A program made the position numbers and the translations under genes. From NCBI GenBank assembly GCA_016703105.1, contig JADJCS010000007.1:143810-207809 (forward strand): a stretch of DNA of 64,000 bases, given 5' to 3'. Of this stretch, positions 1 to 9,436 are shown one piece after another. Position 1 is the first letter of the stretch. Every line of letters begins with the position of its first letter. This stretch comes from Flavobacteriales bacterium. Lineage in GTDB: Bacteria > Bacteroidota > Bacteroidia > Flavobacteriales_F > PHOS-HE28. The notes beneath the pieces were generated by a model. The model made no database searches. It had not been told where the DNA came from and saw nothing but the letters and a program-made list of their open reading frames with translations.

Positions 1-234
1 ATCCCTCCGGAAGACCGTGAACGCTTTGGGGATGAATTCTGAACCCTTCGGAGGCATCTTTCGGCAGCAAACGTAGCATCACTTACCAGGCCGGTTCCGC
101 CCCGCGGGACCCATCTATGCACCGGTGCCTGTTCCTCGTTCGTTCCGCAGATGCGGGCTGTGGTTGGTCCGTGTACCGAAATTCGCCGAGAGAACAGAGC
201 ACCGGATCGGAGCGGACAATTCTCACAACAGAAC

Positions 235-645
235 ATGGGATGGATGAGGAGAGTCGACAAATGGTTCGGACACGAGACGTTCGTAGTGCCCATGAACGAA
301 TGGGAGCGTGTCGTGTCGATCATCCGCAATGAGCCCATGCGCGAGGTGTACATCATGGGTCCCAGGGATTTCGGCACCACCTGCCAGGTCAACGCCGTAC
401 GATCGCTCCATGTGGTCGATGACAAGGGTCGACCCGCGGACCTCACGATCGATCCGGCGATCGAGGTGGGGATCACGAAGCGCTCAGGCGTCATAAGACG
501 CGGGTATTTCGATGGCATCCACATCAAGGATGACCTGTTGATCCTGCCTCGCTCCCGCTTCCGCTTCGGCATGAAGTTCATTCCGCTTTCGGAGGTGGTG
601 AAAGTCGAGGTGTTCCGGGGGGGCATCGGATTCCGTTACGCATGA
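235..645 (+). CDS. hypothetical protein (ORF 151..645; probable start at internal Met MGWMRR)
   Basis: Long ORF with coding-like composition; no recognisable motif. Start uncertain. Confidence 0.35.
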   Translation: MGWMRRVDKWFGHETFVVPMNEWERVVSIIRNEPMREVYIMGPRDFGTTCQVNAVRSLHVVDDKGRPADLTIDPAIEVGITKRSGVIRRGYFDGIHIKDDLLILPRSRFRFGMKFIPLSEVVKVEVFRGGIGFRYA

Positions 646-729
646 GTCCTGCTCCTGCCCGTCCGCTCCAGACACCAGCCCTTCCAGTGTGAGTTCCGTC
701 ACAGACCGGGAAAGCCGGCCGACCGACCT

Positions 730-1155
730 TTGCGCACCATGAAAAAGCTCCTGTTCCTGTTCATCCTCCTGTTCGCAGTGACAGGTGCCTTCCCGCAGAA
801 TGCCCCGCGCCACCACCGCATCATCATGCAGCTCACCAGCGGCGACACGCTGGTGCACAAGAACCTGATGAAACAGTTCAGGAACATGAAGGAAGCCGCT
901 CCCACCATGCAGCTGGAAGTGGTCTGTCATGGCCCGGGCATGGACATGCTGATGAGCGACCGCAGCATCGTGCAGGAAAAAGTGAAGGAGTTCGCCGCGA
1001 AAGGCATCGTGTTCCTGGCCTGTGAGAACACCATCAAGGAGCGCAGCCTCGACCGGACGAAGGTGGTCCCTGATGCGGGGTACGTGAAGGCCGGGATCAT
1101 CCACATCGTGGAGCGGCAGGAGGACGGCTGGAGCTACATCAAAGCGGGGTTCTGA
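730..1155 (+). CDS. DsrE/DsrF-like sulfur-relay family protein with N-terminal signal peptide
   Basis: Hydrophobic signal-like N-terminus (MKKLLFLFILLFAVTGAF). 'VVCHGPG ... FLACENT' arrangement is typical of the DsrE/YchN-like fold. Sits in a sulfur cluster. Confidence 0.55.
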   Translation: MRTMKKLLFLFILLFAVTGAFPQNAPRHHRIIMQLTSGDTLVHKNLMKQFRNMKEAAPTMQLEVVCHGPGMDMLMSDRSIVQEKVKEFAAKGIVFLACENTIKERSLDRTKVVPDAGYVKAGIIHIVERQEDGWSYIKAGF

Positions 1156-1158
1156 CGC

Positions 1159-2586
1159 ATGCGCATCGCATCCTCGCACCGATCGTCCAATGGTCGGTGG
1201 GGCCTGTCCCTTGTCCTATCGGTCGTGTTCCCCCTCTTCGTGAGCGCCCAGCACAGCGAGCAGGACATCCCCAGTGACGACAGCTTGCGAAGCACCGGCA
1301 AGCTGTACGACATCATGAAGCGGGGCGAAGTGGTGGGACGCTTCCGCCAGTACAATATGCTCACCATCAATGATGGAACACCGACGGACTACCATGCGGT
1401 GGCCTTCGGAGGCACGCTCGGCTTCACTTCGCAACGCTGGCATGGCACGCGCTTCAAGCTCAGCGGTGGCTACACCTTCGACTTGGCGACAAGCGACCTC
1501 ACCGTTCTCGACCCCATTACCGGTGCCAGCAACCGCTACGAGATCGGATTGTATGATGTGAACGACCCGCGCCACACCAACGACCTGGCCTACCTACACG
1601 AATTCCAGTTGGACTGGTTGTCGCGCAATGAACGAACACAGGTGGTGATCGGAAAACAAGAATTGAACACGCCCTTCCTCAACCCACAGGATGGGCGCAT
1701 GCACCCCAGCTTGTTCGAAGGCATCTGGGCACAGCACCGCACGACCCACGGCACAGCGCTACAAGGCGGATGGATCTATCGCGTGGCGCCCCGTGGCGCC
1801 AGCGAATGGTACACGGTGGCCGAGAGCATGTCCGTTTTCCCGGTCGGTCGCAACGTATACGGCGAGGGCGCAGAACATGGGGAACACCTCCAGAGCGCGG
1901 GAATTCTAGCGGCAAGCATCAAACAGAAGGTGTACCGCTCGGTGTCGATCACCGCCTGGAATGTTCACACCGAGAACGTCTTCAACAGCGCGTTGATGCA
2001 ACTTGATGCGGGCAAGAAAGAAGCCCGCTGGAGTGCGTCCACCATGGCCATCCGGCAGGACGCCGCGCATTATCGAGGGCACGGCAACGACAGTCTGTTG
2101 TACATGCCAGCGAGCGAAGCCTCTTGGGCGCTCAGTGGACGATTGCGCAATGTGCTCGGCAAATTCCGCTGGCAGCTGAACTACACGCGCATAACCGCGC
2201 ATGGCCGTTACCTGATGCCGCGCGAGTGGGGCCGCGACCCCTTCTTCACGTTCCTGCCGCGCGAGCGTAACGAAGGAGCCGGAGATGTACACGCAGCTTC
2301 ATTGAACCTGATCTGGAGGGCGGACAACGGCTGGCGGATCCAGGTGGATGGCGGTCTGTACCGGATGCCCGAACTCACCGATGCGCGGCTGAACAAGTTC
2401 GTGATGCCATCCTACACGCAGTTCGATGTGAACGCGCAATACCAGTTCAATGGCGGATGGAAGGGCCTTGCTGCGCAAGTACTGGTGCTGGCGAAGCTTC
2501 CACTGCATAGTAACCTCACTGAACGGCAGTCGATCAACAAGGTGGATATGCTGCACGCGGACCTGATCATCAACTACGTGTTCTGA
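1159..2586 (+). CDS. outer-membrane beta-barrel protein (porin-like), hypothetical
   Basis: Signal peptide. Alternating amphipathic beta-strand pattern rich in aromatics. C-terminal '...NYVF' with terminal Phe, typical of OMPs. Confidence 0.5.
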   Translation: MRIASSHRSSNGRWGLSLVLSVVFPLFVSAQHSEQDIPSDDSLRSTGKLYDIMKRGEVVGRFRQYNMLTINDGTPTDYHAVAFGGTLGFTSQRWHGTRFKLSGGYTFDLATSDLTVLDPITGASNRYEIGLYDVNDPRHTNDLAYLHEFQLDWLSRNERTQVVIGKQELNTPFLNPQDGRMHPSLFEGIWAQHRTTHGTALQGGWIYRVAPRGASEWYTVAESMSVFPVGRNVYGEGAEHGEHLQSAGILAASIKQKVYRSVSITAWNVHTENVFNSALMQLDAGKKEARWSASTMAIRQDAAHYRGHGNDSLLYMPASEASWALSGRLRNVLGKFRWQLNYTRITAHGRYLMPREWGRDPFFTFLPRERNEGAGDVHAASLNLIWRADNGWRIQVDGGLYRMPELTDARLNKFVMPSYTQFDVNAQYQFNGGWKGLAAQVLVLAKLPLHSNLTERQSINKVDMLHADLIINYVF

Positions 2587-2672
2587 CACGCGCGTCGCTC
2601 TGTGATGTCAGTCACCGACGGCGCTTGGCGAACTCCGCACCTTTGTACCGCGAAAGCAAAACACCATAGACC

Positions 2673-2972
2673 ATGTTCAAGACATTGTTCGGTATCGGCC
2701 CCAAAGTGGACCTCGGTCAGAAGATCAAGGAAGGAGCGACCATCGTTGACGTGCGCACGGCGGACGAGTTCCGCAGCGGTCATGTGCAGGGAGCGATCAA
2801 CATCCCGTTGGACCGCATCCAGGACGAGTTGAAGAAGCTCGACAAGAGCAAACCGGTGATCACCTGCTGCCGCAGCGGTGCGCGCAGTGGCATGGCCGCC
2901 GATGAATTGAAGCGCCACGGCTTCGACGTCTACAACGGTGGGCCCTGGACCACCTTGAAGAATTCCATGTGA
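2673..2972 (+). CDS. single-domain rhodanese-like sulfurtransferase
   Basis: Rhodanese active-site loop 'ITCCRSGARS'. ~100 aa. Close paralogue of 11432..11740. Confidence 0.85.
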   Translation: MFKTLFGIGPKVDLGQKIKEGATIVDVRTADEFRSGHVQGAINIPLDRIQDELKKLDKSKPVITCCRSGARSGMAADELKRHGFDVYNGGPWTTLKNSM

Positions 2973-3036
2973 GCATCCATGAGGCATTAGAGCCGTGCCA
3001 TTCGCGCGGTTCCCGCCTTTAACGACCTGGTCGATC

Positions 3037-3429
3037 ATGCGCAACCTCTTCGCTCCCGTCCGACTATCCGCACTGCCGCTTCTGCTGATGGCATGCACCA
3101 TGCCCCAACAAGGCACCAACAGCCTGGATGCGGCCGCCTTTGCCGTCCGCCTTGCGGAAAGCGATGCACAGTTGGTGGATGTGCGCACCGCCGCTGAATA
3201 TGCGGATGGTCACATCGCAGGTTCGCGGAACTTGGATCAGACCAGCGGGCAACTGGCACAGAACGTGAACGAACTGGAGAAGTCGAAACCTGTGCTGCTC
3301 TATTGCGCCTCCGGTCGTCGCAGTGCCGCAGCGCGCGCCTACCTTCAGCAGCAGGGCTTCACCGATGTGGTGGATCTGGCCGGTGGGATCGGCGCATGGG
3401 CCGGGGCTGGAAAGCCCATCGAACGCTGA
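3037..3429 (+). CDS. rhodanese-domain lipoprotein
   Basis: Lipoprotein-like signal 'LLLMAC'. Rhodanese catalytic loop 'LYCASGRRS'. Start trimmed from ORF 2995. Confidence 0.8.
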   Translation: MRNLFAPVRLSALPLLLMACTMPQQGTNSLDAAAFAVRLAESDAQLVDVRTAAEYADGHIAGSRNLDQTSGQLAQNVNELEKSKPVLLYCASGRRSAAARAYLQQQGFTDVVDLAGGIGAWAGAGKPIER

Positions 3430-3450
3430 TCGACGGCGTAGCTTTCGGGC

Positions 3451-4944
3451 ATGAGCGTAGGTGCAGCGCAGCTTGGCTTGCGCCAGAACTGGAAACAGTT
3501 CACCTTGCTCGTCATCGTCAACGCCTTCGTGGGCGGCATGGTGGGTATTGAACGCACGGTGCTGCCCATGCTGGCCGAACAGGACTTCGGCATCGCATCG
3601 CGGACGGCCGCGCTCTCCTTCATCGTGGCCTTCGGTATCAGCAAGGCGCTCAGCAACTACTTCGTGGGCAGACTGGCCGGTCGCTTCGGTCGCAAGTCGA
3701 TGTTGGTAACGGGCTGGTTGCTGGCTTTGCCCGTGCCGTTCATGTTGATCTATGCCGATGCGTGGTCGTGGATCGTGGCCGCCAACATCCTGCTGGGTAT
3801 CCATCAAGGCTTCGCATGGAGCAGCACTGTGGTGATGAAGATGGACCTCGTGGGCGAGAAGGACCGCGGCCTCGCCATGGGCTTGAACGAATTCGCCGGA
3901 TACCTCGCGGTGGCGGCGGTGGCCTTCCTCACCGGCTTGCTCGCTGCGGAATACGGCCCGCGGCCGGTTCCGTTCCAGGTGGGCATCGGTATCGCGGTGG
4001 TGGGCCTGCTGCTCACGGTGCTGTGGGTGAAGGATACTGGACACCATGTACATGCTGAAGCAGCGAAGAGCGCGGTGCCGCTGTTGGAAAAGCCCTTCCT
4101 CGATACCTCAGTACGCCATCGCGTGCTCGGAAGCGTGACGCAGGCGGGACTGGTGAACAACCTGAACGACGGCATGCTCTGGGGCCTGCTGCCGGTACTG
4201 CTGGCCGGGCAGGGCTTCAACACGGCGAGCATCGGGGCCATCGCGGCGGTGTATCCAGCCGTGTGGGGTTTGGGGCAATTGCTCACGGGCAAGCTCGCCG
4301 ACCATGTGGACCGCAAGCTGCTGCTGGTGCTGGGCATGGTGCTGCAAGGGATCGCGATCCTCTTCCTTCCCTATGTGGACGCACAAGGCACGTACATCGC
4401 GCTCAGCGCCACGCTCGGCCTAGGCACCGCGCTGGTCTACCCAACTTTCCTGGCCACCATCGCCGCGCACACACATCCGAAGCAACGCGCCGAGAGCCTC
4501 GGCATATTCCGCCTGTGGCGCGATCTGGGCTACGCCATCGGTGCGCTGCTCACCGGCCTCATCGCCGACCGCTTCGGGCTCACCGCCTCCATCCTCTCCA
4601 TCGGGGTCATCACCGTGATATCCGGTCTACTCGTTTGGTTGCGCATGCCGGCGGAACGTCGCTGCCTGGAGCCCATCGACCTGAAAAAGTGGTTGGAAAA
4701 ACCGGATGTGCGTGTAGTGGATGTGCGTTCCCCGGAAGAGTACGCGAGCGGTCACCTGCCGGAGGCCATCAACATACCCGTGGACCGCCTGCTGGAACAG
4801 GCGCGCACCTGGCCAAAGCGGCAGCGCATCGTTACCGTATGCGCCAAAGGCGGTGGCCGCAGCGCACAGGCTGCGCAGTTGTTGCGCGATGTGGGCTTCG
4901 GAAGGACGTGGTGGTTGTGCGGGGGCACATTGGGATGGAGCTGA
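3451..4944 (+). CDS. MFS transporter fused to C-terminal rhodanese domain
   Basis: About 12 predicted TM helices with MFS-type loop 'GRLAGRFGRK'. The C-terminal ~100 aa carry the rhodanese loop 'VTVCAKGGGRSAQAA' with active-site Cys. Confidence 0.8.
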   Translation: MSVGAAQLGLRQNWKQFTLLVIVNAFVGGMVGIERTVLPMLAEQDFGIASRTAALSFIVAFGISKALSNYFVGRLAGRFGRKSMLVTGWLLALPVPFMLIYADAWSWIVAANILLGIHQGFAWSSTVVMKMDLVGEKDRGLAMGLNEFAGYLAVAAVAFLTGLLAAEYGPRPVPFQVGIGIAVVGLLLTVLWVKDTGHHVHAEAAKSAVPLLEKPFLDTSVRHRVLGSVTQAGLVNNLNDGMLWGLLPVLLAGQGFNTASIGAIAAVYPAVWGLGQLLTGKLADHVDRKLLLVLGMVLQGIAILFLPYVDAQGTYIALSATLGLGTALVYPTFLATIAAHTHPKQRAESLGIFRLWRDLGYAIGALLTGLIADRFGLTASILSIGVITVISGLLVWLRMPAERRCLEPIDLKKWLEKPDVRVVDVRSPEEYASGHLPEAINIPVDRLLEQARTWPKRQRIVTVCAKGGGRSAQAAQLLRDVGFGRTWWLCGGTLGWS

Positions 4945-5029
4945 ACGCCGACCTCCAACCATCAGCACGACACGAAAAAGAACGCCCCGGCCGTTGATGA
5001 CCGGGGCGCCTTGAGCATTGACCGTGGGA

Positions 5030-5680
5030 TCAAGCCGGAGCCAGTTCCCTTTTCGCGAGATAGAAATCGATCAGTTCGATCCCCTTCTCATTGAGGCGTG
5101 CGTCGAGGTCCTTCAAGGTCTTTGGCGGTGGCACGATCACCTTGTCGCCTTTTTTCCAGTTCACGGGCATGGCACAGGCGTTCGCGTCCACGGTCTGCAT
5201 GGCTTCCAGCACACGCTTGATCTCATCCATGTTCCGGCCCACGTTCAGCGGGTAGTACATGATGAGGCGGATGATACCCTTGGGATCGATGAAGAACACG
5301 GCCCGGACCGCAGCGGTGCTGCTCGCATTGTCGTGAAGCATGCCGTAGAGATGGGCCACCTTCATATCGATATCCGCGATGATCGGAAAATCCATGTACA
5401 CACCGGTCTTCTCGCGCACCGCTTGTACCCAGGCCACATGGCTATGGATGCTATCGATGCTCTCGCCGATGAGCTTCGTATTGCGGTCCGCGAACCACTT
5501 CTTCTCCTGGGCGAAGCCGGAGAGCTCGGTGGTGCATACCGGCGTGAAGTCGGCCGGATGTGAGAAGAGAATTGCCCAACTACCCTTGATGTACTCGCTG
5601 AACTTGATCGGGCCGGTCGTGGTGAGGGCCTCGAAATCGGGAGCTTGGTCGCCGATGCGGGGCATGTGTGTGGTTTCCAT
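5030..5680 (-). CDS. 1-Cys peroxiredoxin (Prx6-like)
   Basis: 'FTPVCTTE' peroxidatic-Cys motif; whole-length similarity to 1-Cys Prx. True start may be Met at 5665. Confidence 0.9.
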   Translation of the reverse strand: METTHMPRIGDQAPDFEALTTTGPIKFSEYIKGSWAILFSHPADFTPVCTTELSGFAQEKKWFADRNTKLIGESIDSIHSHVAWVQAVREKTGVYMDFPIIADIDMKVAHLYGMLHDNASSTAAVRAVFFIDPKGIIRLIMYYPLNVGRNMDEIKRVLEAMQTVDANACAMPVNWKKGDKVIVPPPKTLKDLDARLNEKGIELIDFYLAKRELAPA

Positions 5681-5741
5681 GGTCGGGTTTGTTATCCGTC
5701 ACAAAGTGAACGCAATAACCGGTCCCGAAGGGTGACGAACA

Positions 5742-6431
5742 TCACTGAACTTGAACGAAGAGCCGGATCGCCTTCGGGTCGAAGCCCAAGCCGTCCACAT
5801 GCCCCATCCAACTGCGCTCCTTGTTGACCAAGTGTACGTGGATGTTCGTGTCGTGGTGCGTGAACACGGCCTTGTGCATGGTGGAAAAGAAGCCGAGCAT
5901 ATCAGCCTCCACGTCCTTCCGTACGAAGGTCTTCCGCCCCTTGTGGGCATCGTCCGGTGAGCGCACCACCGCACCCAGCGGAAGGTCCACCACATGGATC
6001 TCCGCACGCGCGATCCATCCGGACAACTTGAACGCCATCGGCCTGCTCTCGTGGGCGAACCGACTTGTGAGAAAACCATCCAGCTTCGCAAGACCCGTGA
6101 TGCTGTCCGGTAGCGGCACCTCCACCCATTCCGGCACGTTCGCATGCACAAAGAAGGGTGCGGATGCTTCCCGATCGACCTCTACGGCCAGTGCCGTATC
6201 GGAAGTCGCGCGCGACACATAGGCCACACCGTCCCACAGCAGCAACTCTCCTCGAAGGTGATCGAGGGGACCGATACCGAACGCGCCCTGCTTCGCGATC
6301 GTGTCCATGCGCACCAGCCCCGCGAGCTGACCATTGAACATGGTGTTGCGCATGGCGCCGGTAACGAGCACCTGCGCGGAGACTTCCCATGAACACAGGA
6401 GCAGCAACGCAGCGGTGTAAACCTTCCTCAT
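5742..6431 (-). CDS. acetolactate decarboxylase family protein (with predicted signal peptide)
   Basis: 'TM..G...G......gaFGIGp.d.l.GEl...DG..Y' and 'HVHLV...R.wMGHV' blocks match the ALDC fold (AlsD/BudA). Start set at MRKVYTAALLLL, which removes the overlap with the downstream gene. Confidence 0.7.
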   Translation of the reverse strand: MRKVYTAALLLLCSWEVSAQVLVTGAMRNTMFNGQLAGLVRMDTIAKQGAFGIGPLDHLRGELLLWDGVAYVSRATSDTALAVEVDREASAPFFVHANVPEWVEVPLPDSITGLAKLDGFLTSRFAHESRPMAFKLSGWIARAEIHVVDLPLGAVVRSPDDAHKGRKTFVRKDVEADMLGFFSTMHKAVFTHHDTNIHVHLVNKERSWMGHVDGLGFDPKAIRLFVQVQ

Positions 6432-6471
6432 CAGACCATCGGGAATGACCAATACCAGGTTGCCGACACGA

Positions 6472-8052
6472 TCAACGGATGAACCGCGCAGTGAATACGC
6501 GCTGACCGTGGCGCACCTCGACCATGTACGCACCCGGAGCCAGTTGTTGTAGATCCACCTCAAAGGAACGCTCCGCTCCTTTGGCATGCTCGGCCAGAAC
6601 CTGTACCGCGCGACCGACCGTGTCCAACAGGCGGATGCTATACGCTCCGGTCATGTCGGCTCCGATCGAAACGTGCAACACATCCCCCTCGCGGCGCAAC
6701 CGGATATCCACGGCAGCCCCATCCGGAACTAGAATGGATTGCGCCGGATCGACCAGCAGCACACGGAAGATCCGCGAAGAGGCCTCGCTCTGAACGCCGG
6801 TATTGATGAAGAAAATGTTGCCTGCGGTACTCTCGATCCCACCGACCACATGACCCAGCACGATGGTGTCACCCACGAACATTTGCTGGAGCATGATCCC
6901 GCTCGCGTTCTGCGGTGTTCCCGGCCACGGAACGAACTCGGCGCTGGCACCGAGCAATGCGGGCATTGTCCCGACCTGGGCCTCGATCAGGACACCTTGA
7001 CCATCGCGCTGCACCACGCTGATCGTGTTCACGAAGGGCACGTTGATATCGTCCATCAAGGTGCCGTTCCCATCGAAGTAGTAACGGCCGATACCCCCGA
7101 AGAACACGGACCGCATGGCGTTCGAATTAGCATCGTAGAGGCCCACATGGGCACTGTGGTACTGGTTCAGCAGTTGCTCGAACACCGGCACCACCGTGAC
7201 GTTCGTGTCGATGACGTCCAAGGTGTTCAGCCAGGGAATATCATCCACGTACTGGAACACACCCGTGAAGGCGGTGAAGCCCTCCTCTCCGTTCGGGAAG
7301 ATCTGTGGCAGCATGTTGTAGTCCCGACGGTGCAAGTTCATTGTATCCACCAACTCCCAGTAGTCGTTGATCGCCAGTGAGACACCGTCATCATCGATCG
7401 CGAAGCGGCGCACGGCATTGGTGTACTCCTGAATGAAGCCAGGTCCCTGGTTCGGCCCCATCGGATTGTACCGGCCGATGAAACGTTGCCCACCGACCAG
7501 GTAGAAGCGATCGTCTAGCAAGCGCATCTGGCCACCCGTGACCTCCATTCGCGGATCGGTGAGCTGCCGGAAGAAAGGTGCGATGGGTTGGGAGTTGCGA
7601 ATGGCGTCCATCACCCCGGCCAGATCGATCGCGGTGAGGTTGGGATACGTGATGTGGTCGAGCGCGGTGGGCGAATAGCCATAGCCTCCGGCGCAATACA
7701 GTGTGCTATCGCGCTGCTCGAATTCCATGTTGGTGCTCTGCAGCTGTTCCTCCATGGACTGCGGAAGCGCGGAGATCGGTGCGGACCAGACCTGTTGTGT
7801 CACAGGATCCACCACATAGGCACTTAGGTTGTTCCCGGTGGCGAGGAAGGCGAAAGGAGGCTGCCGACGGTGCAGGCCATCGGTGCGCCCGCCGATGATG
7901 AACCACTGCCCATCGTGCTGCCCCCATGCGAAGGATTGGAGCGCAGGCATGCCCGGCACCGTGACCTCCTCAAGCACCAACTCGCGCCCGTCGAAGTACT
8001 GCGCGGACAGGAATAATGGGAGAAATGCGAAGAGCGAGAGAAGTTGCTTCAT
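6472..8052 (-). CDS. secreted protein with T9SS C-terminal sorting domain
   Basis: Signal peptide MKQLLSLFAFLPLFLSAQ. The C-terminal ~80 aa form a beta-rich domain typical of Por/T9SS CTD. Confidence 0.65.
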   Translation of the reverse strand: MKQLLSLFAFLPLFLSAQYFDGRELVLEEVTVPGMPALQSFAWGQHDGQWFIIGGRTDGLHRRQPPFAFLATGNNLSAYVVDPVTQQVWSAPISALPQSMEEQLQSTNMEFEQRDSTLYCAGGYGYSPTALDHITYPNLTAIDLAGVMDAIRNSQPIAPFFRQLTDPRMEVTGGQMRLLDDRFYLVGGQRFIGRYNPMGPNQGPGFIQEYTNAVRRFAIDDDGVSLAINDYWELVDTMNLHRRDYNMLPQIFPNGEEGFTAFTGVFQYVDDIPWLNTLDVIDTNVTVVPVFEQLLNQYHSAHVGLYDANSNAMRSVFFGGIGRYYFDGNGTLMDDINVPFVNTISVVQRDGQGVLIEAQVGTMPALLGASAEFVPWPGTPQNASGIMLQQMFVGDTIVLGHVVGGIESTAGNIFFINTGVQSEASSRIFRVLLVDPAQSILVPDGAAVDIRLRREGDVLHVSIGADMTGAYSIRLLDTVGRAVQVLAEHAKGAERSFEVDLQQLAPGAYMVEVRHGQRVFTARFIR

Positions 8053-8076
8053 GGGTGTTCTGGTCTAGTTGATCGA

Positions 8077-9279
8077 TCAGCCTTGTGCCCTGCCACGCAG
8101 GATGAAGTTCCAGTACAACCGCGGAAGCACTTCCCGCTTCAACTGGTACATGCTCCAGCGCTCTTTGCTCTGGTCGAAGGGAAATGTCTCCTGGGGTTTG
8201 TTGTCGTAGTCGAACTCCGCGAGCACCAGCTTGCCGTACCCGGTGATCAATGGGCACGAGGTATACCCGTTGTAGTCCGCAGGCAGGGGCTTGTTGGCCA
8301 TGGCCGCGAGCATGTTCGCTACGACGGTGGGCGTTTGCTTGCGGATCGCCGCACCTGTCTTCGAGGTAGGTAAGCCGGCAGCGTCACCGATGCTCCACAC
8401 GTTCGCATGCTTCACATGGCGCAGGCTGTGCTTGTCCACATCCACCCAACCGGCGGCGTTCGCCAATGGGCTCTGCTTGATGAAATCGGGAGCGCTCTGT
8501 GGCGGTGTCACATGGAGCATGTCATAGTCCACCCACTTCACCTCGTCCTTGTTCTTCTCCCCGAAGCCAACGAAACGCGCACGCCTGTTCGGGCCATCGA
8601 TCTCTTCGAGCTTCCAGAAGAAGTTGAGATTGATCCCTCCGCGCTCCACCACCTTCAGCAAGGTCTTCTCATAGCGTGGTATCGCGAAGAGCTTGGTTCC
8701 CCCGCTCCAGTATTGGATGTCCATGTCCTTCAGCACACCTTCCCTGCGCCAATGGTCCGCGGCGAGGTACATGATCTTGTGCGGAGCACCACCGCATTTC
8801 ACGGGCGTGTGCGGGTTGTGGAACACCGCCTTGCCCTTTTTCAAGCCCTTGATGCACTCCCAAGTGTAGGGGGCGTAGGTGAAGCTGTAGTTCGAGCAGA
8901 CGCCGTTCTTCCCGAGGTTCTCCTGCAAGCCCTTCACCCCGTTCCAATCCAACTGGATGCCGGGGCACACGAGCAAGTGATCATAACCGATCGCCTCCCC
9001 ACTCGCCAGCACCACCTCGTTCCGCTCCGGTTGGAACGTGGCCACCTTGTCCTTGATCCACTCCGCTCCCTTTGGAATAAAGTCCTTCTCGTTGCGTTCG
9101 GTGTCCTTGATGTTGAAGGCGCCGCCCCCGACCAAGGTCCAGGCAGGTTGGTAGTAGTGCTTTTCCGAAGGTTCCACGATACCGACCTTCAGCTTGCCGT
9201 TCTTCAATAACAACAAGGCGGCTGCGGAAAGACCAGCGTTCCCGCCACCGATCACGAGGACTTGGAAGTGCTTTGCCAT
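8077..9279 (-). CDS. sqr: sulfide:quinone oxidoreductase (FAD-dependent, type II SQR)
   Basis: N-terminal Rossmann 'VLVIGGGNAG'. Conserved Cys-containing blocks and 'IGDAAG' second dinucleotide motif. Length and overall similarity to SQRDL-type SQR. Start trimmed to MAKHF. Confidence 0.8.
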   Translation of the reverse strand: MAKHFQVLVIGGGNAGLSAAALLLLKNGKLKVGIVEPSEKHYYQPAWTLVGGGAFNIKDTERNEKDFIPKGAEWIKDKVATFQPERNEVVLASGEAIGYDHLLVCPGIQLDWNGVKGLQENLGKNGVCSNYSFTYAPYTWECIKGLKKGKAVFHNPHTPVKCGGAPHKIMYLAADHWRREGVLKDMDIQYWSGGTKLFAIPRYEKTLLKVVERGGINLNFFWKLEEIDGPNRRARFVGFGEKNKDEVKWVDYDMLHVTPPQSAPDFIKQSPLANAAGWVDVDKHSLRHVKHANVWSIGDAAGLPTSKTGAAIRKQTPTVVANMLAAMANKPLPADYNGYTSCPLITGYGKLVLAEFDYDNKPQETFPFDQSKERWSMYQLKREVLPRLYWNFILRGRAQG

Positions 9280-9436
9280 GGCGACCGTGTTAGACGATGC
9301 GAACGTATCGCGACCCCTCACCCCCATCGGTGACGATCCTCACCGAACAGCCATTATCCTGACAAGGATCAGTAAAAGGCCACCGCTCCGCATGGAGTTT
9401 TGTTCCGCCGATGTCAACCATGCGCGGCGAACCACC

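Noticed and set aside
3064-4053. Long antisense ORFs (for example 3064..4053(-), 15158..16426(+), 34698..36266(+), 31775..33100(-)) overlapping confidently called genes
   Set aside because: High-GC genomes leave antisense frames open. These lack start context and motifs, and are rich in Arg/Ala/Gly/His runs.
9194-9436. 5' extension of the PDO-rhodanese ORF overlapping the sqr start
   Set aside because: The conserved MBL N-terminus begins at MRIEQIYTG (ATG 9437). The extension would overlap divergent sqr and contains no conserved sequence.
9280-9436. Bacteroidota-type promoter (-33 TTG / -7 TAnnTTTG) in the sqr/PDO divergent region
   Set aside because: I could not find a convincing TAnnTTTG match by eye. 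A promoter is certainly present but I cannot place it.
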